A DNA stretch of 64,000 nucleotides. It comes from Styela clava. Its lineage: Eukaryota. Positions 54,901-64,000 of this stretch are shown here, piece by piece (the stretch's first letter is position 1; each line of letters starts with the position of its first letter). A model generated the notes under the pieces. That model saw nothing but the letters and a program-made list of their open reading frames with translations, was not told the origin of the DNA and did not search any database. The DNA is taken from contig NC_135251.1 of NCBI RefSeq assembly GCF_964204865.1, positions 9,176,001 to 9,240,000 on the forward strand, written 5' to 3'. A program made the translations under genes and the position numbers.

Positions 54901-57900
54901 CAATTTCATCTATTAAATTATTATTTTTTCCAATATTAAGATTCAGATTCTTTTGATACAATCAAACTCAACATTTTTGAGGTCTAGAACAGTTCACCTA
55001 GTGGCCAATTAAATCTTTCTTACAATATCTAGGTCCTCGAATCTGGAACATATAGATTGTTAGCAATTACTGAAATGAACGGGACAGCTAGCGGGGGTAA
55101 AGAGCGCATCAGTAAGATTTTGAACTTACAGCATAATGCAGATATTAAGTTGAATATTACGACTACAGTTCTGTCTTTACCTATTTCCAAAATTTAACTA
55201 TCATAACTGGTTTGATCTTTGTTTAAGTTACCTGTTTCATCAGCCGATCGTATTCATTCACTGTATTTTCAACGTGTTGTTCATATTTCAATCCTAAATG
55301 TCTCTGAATCAAATTAAATAGAATATAACTCAATTATACTTCCAATAAACCAGTTGTATCAAACTTTGGGCTGTCAACAAGAATAATATAAGTACAAAGA
55401 AAGGGTTGAAATTGCTGAAAATTCACCCTCAGCGTTCGCGAACAGACCAAAACAGACACATTTGAGAAGTCGTTGTCTTTGGGTTATGGTGATTTTTTAT
55501 TATTTTATTTGACGTATAACGAATCGTTTCATTCCCTATTTTGCAAATAACGCACGGACCATTTCGTAAATTTAGAAACGTCAAACCAAATAAGGTATTT
55601 TAAATAAAAATTTACCTGATTTTAAATCTCGTATGCCCGGTGACATGTAATTAAAAAAATAAAATTATTTTTTCTGTATCATAGATAGCAATTTTCCGTA
55701 GCATGTAATGCTTTTTAGACCCCCAAGACTGCTAAAACACGCGTATTCCAGCGTTCGATCGGACCCGCGACCTGTTTTGATCTAACTTGACAAATAAAAA
55801 TTTCAGCCCCCCCCCCCCTCTTTGAAAATTTCTGGATACGCCCCATGAACAAGTAATGATTCGAAAATGTAAACATCCTACTCAACCATGCATGGCCGGT
55901 AGAATGTTAAAATTGTAAACAAGAGTAGAACGTAAAACAATTACGTTCTAACAACGTACACTGGCTCTTTACGAAATGCCGCGCCTATTTTTATAGAATA
56001 TGATTGCATTCGTTGTATTTTAAAGCATTATAGTAGTGTCAGTGGAGATATTATCAACATCGTCAAGTGAAGTATGAAATTTGCAAACTCTTTAAACAAA
56101 ATTGTGAATTACTCGGTAATGGTTTTAGCTATAATAACCGTTGGGGTATTGTTTGTTGAAAATTTTTTTTTAAAACTTGAGTGAGTTAGTTATACATAAC
56201 GTATGACCCATGATATGTATCTGTGAAAACAAATATGAATTTCTTAATTTTCAATACCTTGTTGTTTTCATTCACACGCTTTACATTTTCCGTAAAGTAC
56301 TGTTCCATGTTTGTAGACAATTTTTCACGAGTATTTTTCACTGTAGCATAATCATCATATTTTGCTATTTCTGCATCAAACTGTTCCAAGCATTTTTTGT
56401 ACTCGGTCTTTCGAAGACTTTCAATGTCCATGCAGTATTCGTCTTCATACTTGAAAAAAATATGATAAATGTTATTTTTATCTTCGCTAAACCTATTAAT
56501 TTGGGGATTTCGAGATGTCCCTGCGCTTGTGAGTTGATCATTATATTTTTATTTGCAGCATTAAGCATAACACTTACCTGGGAAAACGCTTCTTGAAACT
56601 TGGTCATAACTTCACTCGCTTCTTGATTAATTCCCAGTTTATCCATTTGCTGAAAAATATTAGGACATTCATGTTAAAATCGACACCGATAGTAAAAGTG
56701 CCCCTGTGCGGTTGAATTGGGTAATTATGTTGATTCATTTTCATTCAGTGTTTCTGTTTGTTTTTGGAATTTCTAAATGAGGAAATATACGATGACATAA
56801 GTGCAGGAGTATGCAATTGTTATAGTTACCCGTCTTATGTCACAATTATACTAATGATATATGACATCGTTCAATAAATGATGTGCCATTCAATATTGAT
56901 TGTTTGCTACAAAATTATGATACACAATTAGTGTATTTCTTTGAATTTTACCCAGTGGATAAATTTTTAAATAAAAAATGTTCTACCTCCTTCACTTCTT
57001 GTAAATGTCTGTTATTGTCATTGCTTTGCTTGTGAATGCCGTTGAATCTCTTTTTAATTTTATCATCTAATTTTTGTCTGTACTCTTGCACATCCTCGTG
57101 AGGAAGACTTGGATTTCTGAATCAGTATTTGAAGTTGTACAAAAATGAACAAGTATTTAGGCAATGACGTTTCATAAGTAAACGCAGGTATATATAATTC
57201 AGCTTTGGTTGAGCGTAGATTTATCAGATTAAAACTAAAGGATCCGTATTTAAAGGTGTTTGTTTATTAATGTATGATTTCAATTTGAATGGTTAATAAA
57301 AGCTATTATCTTATAAGTATATCCTTATCGTACACGTTTGTAGTTAACACAAACAAGTAAACAAATTAGCATCGTCAGAAACTGTCCGGAATATAAATAG
57401 CATCGAAGTGTTGAACTTTGAAAGCTGGTATGAATCACTTAATAATAACAAATAAATAAAATTAATAATAATTAAATGACAGCCGTGAATTCTTATAAAT
57501 GAGTTTAAGTTTGCTTAGAATGTATTTTTAGTAATCCACCACATCCTTTGCACAATATTGTTTTTAAAAATGTGAATATTTTTCTCCACCATGCATGGCG
57601 GAGGTCGCTTTGCTGCGCCTAATATAGTCGGCAATTCTTTTCAAAGTTTTTATGCATAAATATTTAGGGCGTGAAGTCATGAAATCGTTAAGTGAAGTGT
57701 TGATTTTGCAAATTCCGTAAATACAATTAAGAATGTCTCGGTAACTATTGAAGCTACAAAATTGGTCGTGGTGTTATTTTATTGAAAAATAACGGAAGAA
57801 AACGATAAACATAATATCAATTAGCAATAATTAGTGCTTAACCCTCCGCTAAACACAACAACCCTAAAGTACAAAATTGCTTTCTACAAATTTTTGGTCA

Positions 57901-60900
57901 TTGGGACGCATATCGCAAATAAGATTGGGAACGCGCTCTTTGGCGCCATCTCGCGGAATAGAACTTTAGTATACGCCCTAAAAAGTTAACAAAATTATTT
58001 TTTACTGCCATTTTTATTTCCCAAATAGATTTCATTGCATTCTGATAAAGATACGATATCTTGTCCACAACCATTAAACTTACATATTTGCAATTAATCT
58101 ATTGAAGCCTTTCGCAGCTTCTTCCTTGTATCCTTTATGTTTGCGTATGAAGTCATTATTCATTTCCCATTTACCATCTGAAGTAATCTGAAATACATCA
58201 AATGTTATAGTTCACAAAAAATTTCAAATGAAAAAAAAACTGCTCACAAGATTTTCATCAGTTTTAGGCATCTTTGATACATAAATCTCGAGTTTAATGT
58301 GATATTTCTATTCGAATATATCATAAGAAAATAATCATAATTAATAGAAAGGTTGAGTTCACACTAACATACAATTTTTTTTTAAACAAATAATGAACAA
58401 CACGAATAATAAATACAAACAAACACTATCAAATTTCCATCTTCGTCTTTTTTTTTTTTTTTCTATTAAAATTTTGTACAAATAACAAATTTTCAATTCG
58501 AAGGTTATTCAACCAAGATTTTAAAAATTTCAATATATTCAGAATATATTGATGCAGCCACACTTAACCTAGAACAATTCATGTATCAGCCAATTAATTT
58601 TTATTACATATCTGTTACCTTGTTACCAATTCTTAAAAACTAGACTGGGGGTGGAAGTAGAGAGCGCGACAGGACGATTTCAAAGCATGATGCAAATATT
58701 ATTTTGGAAAATACGACTCTGTGTGTGACATTTTTTCTTTTTAAAAGTGACCATTCATATCTGAATCTGTGTTTAAATTACCTGTTTCATCAGTCGATCA
58801 TATTCATTCACTGCTATTTCAACGTGTTGTTCATATTTCAATCCTAAGTCTCTCTAGAAAAAATAAAATAGGTTATAATTCAGTTATATTTACAATAAAC
58901 TATTTTTATCAAACTTTGTTCTGTCAACAACAATAAATATAAAATTAACAAAAATGTTGAAATTACATCCAGGCATATCACACTTAATTTTAGTAGCAAT
59001 AATACTTTATGTTCATCACCAGAATGTTGATAATATATGCAATACTACACAAATTCACAAATTTCAAAACAGATTGCAAACAGCTTAGATACACTCTAAT
59101 ATTAAAACGAGAAAATTGGTCGGAGACCGAAGACTTATCGATCCAAACTGCGGTTTCGATTCATGACCTTATAGTGACACTGCGTGTCCCATCACTAATT
59201 AATTGATAACTCGCTAATTATACGACATAATTTATCTAAAATCAATAGGTTTCTGGTCCGAGATATGATGAATGCACATGCAAATTTGAAGCAGATTCAA
59301 CCACGCCTCCGTGAGATATCGCGTGCATCTAACATACAGACAAACAGATAGACAAACAGACAGACAAACAGACAGACAGACAAACAGACAAACAGACAAA
59401 CAGACAAACAGACAAACAGACAAACAGACAAACAGACAAACAGACAAACAGACAAACAGACAAACAGACAAACAGACAAACAGACGAACAGACGAACAGA
59501 CGAACAGACGAACAGACGAACAGACGAACAGACGAACAGACGAACAGACGAACAGACGAACAGACGAACAGACGAACAGACGAACAGACGAACAGACGAA
59601 CAGACGAACAGACGAACAGACGAACAGACGAACAGACGAACAGACGAACAGACGAACAGACGAACAGACGAACAGACAAACAGAGAGACAATCACTATCC
59701 CTACTTTCGATTGTAGCACCAATGATTAATGATGCTGTTTTTACTACTGAAGGGTAATTTTCATTTTAATTATTAAAAGGAAAGTATCTATATTTTCGCA
59801 GAAACATTTTGATTTTTCTTGTAGTTTTACTCCTTATATTAAAAAGGCAACGGGCCACAAGAATTTCGGCGTAATGAGAATGGGCCACGAAAGAAGTACG
59901 TTTGAGAAGCACTGGATTGAACAATATGTCTGAAACAGGAAAGTGATATACGATGGTTCAAATTAGGGTAAAGTAATAGATTCAGATTGAGGTTCAGATA
60001 ATTTATTTGTATATTTGTGTTTCTTTACGTTAAAATTAATTTGAAAACTCAAACATAATCGAAATTTACAATGAGATTTTAAAAATGACATGTATGTAGA
60101 AAAACAAATATTAATTTCCTAATTTTCAATACCTTGTTGTTTTCATTAAAACGCTTCACATGATCTGTAAAGTACTGTTCCATGTTTCTAGACAATTTTT
60201 CACGAGTATTTTTCACTGTAGCAACGTCATCATATTTCCTGGTTAGTGAATCATACTGTCTCAAGCCTTTTTTGTACTCGGTCTTTTGAAGATTTTCAAT
60301 GTCCATGCAGTATTCGTTTGCATACTTGAAAAAATATAAAATATTTCAAAAATTTAGGATTTAGAGATTTGTCTACGTTTGTTAATTATTTCTTTTTCGA
60401 TTTTTTTTAGTATTTTTTTAGAATTTTTGAAGCACCAAGCAAAACACTTACCTGAGAAAACGTTTCTTGAAACTTGGACAAAACGTCACTTGCTTTTTCG
60501 TTGATACTAAGTTTATCAATTCGCTGAAAAATATGGAGACATGTATGTTAATGTATTTTCAACAAATATGTAACTATGATGTATTGTAAATATGTGATTC
60601 GATTAAAAATCATCAATCTTTTTCAAAGGTGATGCCGAGTTTGCGCAAATATATACTTGTGCAATTTAGTTACACATTTTCACCCACGCCGATAGTAAAA
60701 TGCCCCAATGCGGCGGAGTCGAGTTATTAGGTTAATCCATGCTGACAAGATTCGAGCTAGAATAAATTGATATTTTAATAATGCATCATACCTTTTCCAA
60801 TTCTTTCTTTTCTTCCGCGTATAATCTTCTCTTTTCAAATATTTTGTAATTAGTAGATAAACGTTGTTCTAAAGCTTTCCGTTTGTTTTTGATCACACTC

Positions 60901-62405
60901 GGCATCACTCGTAGCCAGTCTTTAGTTTGCCTATCAAATTCCAGCAATATGGAATCACTCAATGTCTTGTTTATTCTTTCAAGATCCTTTTTCGAGAGTT
61001 TCGTGAGATCCTGAATTGAAAACTTACTTTATAGCACTGTTTATCCTTGATTAAAGGTTATTGGATAACACGACATTACTAATGAGTTATCAGATGGTGT
61101 TTATACCGCGTATTAAATGTATTATGCATTATTTTGTGTCACTCAGTGACAATAGATTAAAAATAACATCAAGAATATCATAAAATTTTAATTGGCAATC
61201 GCCATATTCGCTACTCACATGTTCTCCCATTGTTCCTATGTACTGAGTTACCATGGCGGATGATAAGTTATTGATTTCTTCTATTACTTTGGACTGTATT
61301 ACAACAGAAATTTTTTTATTCAAAATCAAATGATTTTAATCATCATTAATAAATAAATCTTGAAAAACCACTGATATTTATAAAAAGTATATTATTCTTT
61401 ATATTTGGGACTGTGAAATGAAATAAATAGAAATACCAAGGCTATGTATTGGCAGTCATTCAAGCGTATGTTTCCAATATTTTGGAAATACCCAATGTTT
61501 CTTTTTGACATTTTCTAACCAATTTGTTACAACTTGGGCGATCGGGTAGGTATGAATTTAAAACAAATTTCTCTTCCCAAACAATGTTTAACCCCAAGAT
61601 CGGGGCTTACGCTTTGACCAAAGTCTAAAGAAAAATCGAATCAAAGGTCGGTATTTGAAATCTAATCTTGGCAATATTGATTCAATAGAGAAACTGTCAA
61701 AAACATTCTGTTGTATTCCACTCAACTTACAGAAATGGTATGATAAATTGAAAAAAAAATTATTTTTTTTTCTATAAATTCATTTTAGAAACCATTCTAA
61801 ATATTACGCCTGATACAAGATAGAATAGAACAAAGTTTTTTGAATACGTATTCAGTTTCGGGTACGGTATCAACAATCATCATGTGAGCTCACAATGCCA
61901 CACGTGTTTTCAAAAGTAGATCTGTATGTTGTATTACCATAGTAAATATATAAAAAAACAATCAAAATAAAAAATTAAAAAATACATAACATAGTCGATT
62001 CACTAGAACCTTTTTTCTAAGATAAAAAAAGTAATGAAAATCGAATTTAGCACCTTTCTTGTTTCATTCTCCTGCTCCACAATTCTATAATAATCTTCAC
62101 ATTCTTTTATTGCATGTTGATGTGCTTTATCTCTGTCACTCTCTTCTCCCAATGTTGATATTTCATAAAATGTTATCGTGGCTTCGCCAACTGCATTATC
62201 GTGAAATTCACGGAGAACATCGGTGTCGGCAATTTCTTCGTGAACAATCTAAAAACGAGGTAACAGTTAACAATTGCATTACTATTTTTATATATTATTG
62301 GTTCCCAATTGGATTATCAGACATTTCTATTACCTCTGTCATCACTTCTTTGTATCTGCGTACAGCTCTTTGAACAGCTTCATCATTATTAGCTCGAACT
62401 GTGTT
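36990..62405 (-). CDS. Large multi-exon protein made of ~13 tandem atlastin/GBP-like three-helix-bundle repeats (putative GB1/RHD3-family large GTPase, C-terminal portion; 5' end beyond the window)
   Basis: 32 GT-AG exons, 3741 nt, one open frame (~1246 aa), listed 5' to 3'. Leading exons: 62334-62405, 62054-62248, 61219-61293, 60792-61010. Cassette 1: 60452-60523, 60133-60324, 58782-58853, 58084-58187, 56987-57116. Cassette 2: 56578-56649, 56258-56449, 55232-55303, 54629-54732, 53994-54123. Cassette 3: 53589-53660, 53273-53464, 48319-48390, 47697-47800, 47063-47192. Cassette 4: 46651-46722, 46334-46525, 44984-45055, 44397-44500, 43754-43883. Final exons: 42970-43032, 42470-42567, 39144-39255, 38708-38761, 38395-38504, 37879-37993, 37659-37730, 36990-37265. 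The first unit, NTVRANNDEAVQRAVRRYKEVMTE-IVHEEIADTDVLREFHDNAVGEATITFYEISTLG..ECEDYYRIVEQENE, resembles the helical domain that follows the atlastin/GBP GTPase (recalled pattern ANNxAAV..A..xY...M...L...H......A...F....MG). Confidence 0.8.
41685..42411 (+). mobile_element. hAT (Buster/Charlie-like) internal-deletion derivative with a BED-finger transposase remnant
   Basis: Termini c(g)ggggttctcaaac / ggttgggaaccactg, with subterminal gggggccacga at both ends. 42052-42126 encodes HCSYVMSNESLRPSKLQNHRDKHRP, like the Buster-type C..C..VLSNESMKPSKLKRH motif. The TSD is not preserved. Confidence 0.75.
48583..52245. mobile_element. ~3.66 kb insertion with CACTC...GAGTG termini and ggtaaa/ttacc-rich subterminal repeats (CACTA/CMC-like, non-autonomous), unique to one cassette intron
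   Basis: Absent at the paralogous site ~45243 (ctgcatt|actactagag|ctggg). The left end ggtaaattttattgtcattttaggggtaaaaaatt matches the reverse complement of 52135-52187. No intact transposase was recognised. Confidence 0.65.
48795..50053. mobile_element. Non-autonomous hAT element (1259 bp) nested in the CACTC element
   Basis: TIRs cagtgtttcccaacc / ggttgggaaacgctg, a perfect 8-bp TSD ctttactc (48787-48794 and 50054-50061), and repeated subterminal gtccgc motifs. Confidence 0.92.
59108..59715 (+). mobile_element. DINE-1/HINE-like interspersed element with an internal microsatellite
   Basis: The conserved core is shared with 371-535, 10709-10942 and 28684-28920, and is followed by a (CAGA)-based microsatellite. 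The family class is inferred from architecture only. Confidence 0.55.
59337..59690. repeat. Compound octamer microsatellite: (CAGACAAA)n then (CAGACGAA)24
   Basis: Read directly. The switch is at 59481 and CAGACGAA units run to 59672. It explains the spurious ORFs at 59232-59757. Confidence 0.97.
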
Positions 62406-62599
62406 CTGAAAGATTACAAATTTTGCAATATTTATAGTTTCATTTATTTGCTGAGTTTGAATTACATTACAGAAGTACTATGCACGACGTTATAAACACT
62501 TGATTACCTTTATGTATTAATTTGTATTGAAAAGATGACAGATAAAAACGACCATTCGGTTATAATAGAGTGTTGTTTGAATTTATTTATTTATTATTA

Positions 62600-64000
62600 T
62601 TGAAGATTTTCAATGTCCATGCAGTATTCGTTTGCATACTTGAAAAAATATAAAATGTTCCAAAAATTTAGGATTTAGAGATTTGTCTACGTTTGTTATT
62701 TATTTCTTTTTCGATTTTTTTTAGTATTTTTTTTAAATTTCTGAAGCACCAAGCAAAACACTTACCTGAGAAAACGTTTCTTGAAACTTGGACAAAACGT
62801 CACTTGCTTTTTCGTTGATATTAAGTTTATCAATTCGCTGAAAAATATGGAGACATGTATGTTAATGTATTTTCAACAAATATGTAACTATGATGTATTG
62901 TAAATATGTGATTCGATTAAAAATCATCAATCTTTTTCAAAGGTGATGCCGAGTTTGCGCAAATATATACTTGTGCAATTTAGTTACACATTTTCACCCA
63001 CGCCGATAGTAAAATGCCCCAATGCGGCGGAGTCGAGTAATTAGGTTAATCTATGCTGACAAGATTCGAGCTAGAATAAATTGATATTTTAATAACGCAT
63101 CATACCTTTTCCAATTCTTTCTTTTCTTCCGCGTATAATCTTCTCTTTTCAAATATTTTGTAATTAGTAGATAAACGTTGTTCTAAAGCTTTCCGTTTGT
63201 TTTTGATCACACTCGGCATCACTCGTATCCAGTCTTTAGTTTGCCTATCAAATTCCAGCACTATTGAATCACTCAATGTCTTGTTTATTCTTTCAAGATC
63301 CTTTTTCGAGAGTTTCGTGAGATCCTGAATTGAAAACTTACTTTATAGCAATGTTTATCCTTGATTAAAGGTTATTAGATAACACGACATTACTAATGAG
63401 TTATCAGATGGTGTTTATACCGCGTATTAAATGTATTATGCATTATTTTGTGTCACTCAGTGACAATAGATTAAAAATAACATCAAGAATATCATAAAAT
63501 TTTAATTGGCAATCGCCATATTCGCTACTCACATGTTCTCTCATTGTTTCTATGTACTGAGTTTCCGTGGCGGATGATAAGTTGTTGATTTCTTCTATTA
63601 CTTTGGAGTTGGACTGTATTACAACAGAAATTTTTTTATTCAAAATCAAATGATTTTAATCATCAATAATAAATAAATCTTGATAAACCACTGATATTTA
63701 TAAAAAGTATATTATTCTTTATATTTGTGACTGTGAAATGAAATAAATAGAAATACCAAGGCTATGTATTGGCAGTCATTCAAGCGTATGTTTCTAATAT
63801 TTTGGAAATACCCAATGTTTCTTTTTGACATTTTCTAACCAATTTGTTACAACTTGGGCGATCGGGTAGGTATGAATTTAAAACAAATTTCCCTTCCCAA
63901 ACAATGTTTAACCCCAAGATCGGGGCTTACGCTTTGACCAAAGTCTAAAGAAAAATCAAATCAAAGGTCGGTATTTGAAATCTAATCTTGGCAATATTGA
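62600..64000 (-). repeat. Recent tandem duplication of 60286-61680 (runs off the window end) carrying exon copies 63533-63613, 63106-63324, 62766-62837 and a truncated exon at 62600-62638
   Basis: Near-identical at an offset of 2314-2320 bp. The breakpoint falls inside the 192-nt exon, giving ..MDIENLQ TAA TAA TAA. Confidence 0.92.

Larger units (their letters stand above)
43754..60523 (-). repeat. Four tandem genomic cassettes, each of 5 exons (72+192+72+104+130 nt = 190 aa) plus homologous introns
   Basis: Repeated track ORFs MDIESLRKTEY.. at 46262, 53192, 56186 and 60079. Introns of cassettes 2-4 are highly similar, and cassette 1 is more diverged. Confidence 0.95.

Noticed and set aside
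59232-59757. Four overlapping ORFs with repetitive TDEQTNRR / VCSSVRLF peptides
   Set aside because: They are translations of the octamer microsatellite, which has no stops in several frames, and are not genes.
1-64000. CRISPR arrays, rRNA/tRNA genes, prokaryotic operons
   Set aside because: There is no repeat-spacer array or recognisable structural RNA, and the sequence is spliceosomal-intron eukaryotic DNA.

Overview
AT-rich, intron-containing animal genomic DNA. It looks like a marine invertebrate, possibly a tunicate, but that is a guess. Most ORFs in the supplied track are spurious or are exon fragments. Manual splicing gives five main components. (1) The 3' end of a type I membrane receptor with a mucin-like stalk, one TM and a Tyr-motif tail (59-1264, +). 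(2) An intact 3-exon, Cys-rich claudin/PMP22-like tetraspan gene (13426-15170, +), with a frameshifted paralog inside a ~7 kb segmental duplication and a third relic at ~4.1 kb. (3) A ~9 kb near-perfect palindrome (17647-26647) whose arms are two head-to-head fibrinogen-related-domain (FReD) pseudogenes; its spacer holds an inverted piece of the duplicated block. (4) The most striking feature: a large minus-strand gene (36990 to beyond 64000) whose 32 in-frame exons encode about 13 serial repeats resembling the atlastin/GBP three-helix bundle. These include four tandem 5-exon/190-aa cassettes, and the protein may end in a tail anchor. The GTPase domain is not in the window and is only predicted to lie upstream. 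(5) Several non-autonomous DNA transposons: hAT elements (one with an exact 8-bp TSD), a CACTC...GAGTG element with a nested hAT, hairpin MITEs with GGTTAG repeats, and a DINE/HINE-like element with an expanded octamer microsatellite.
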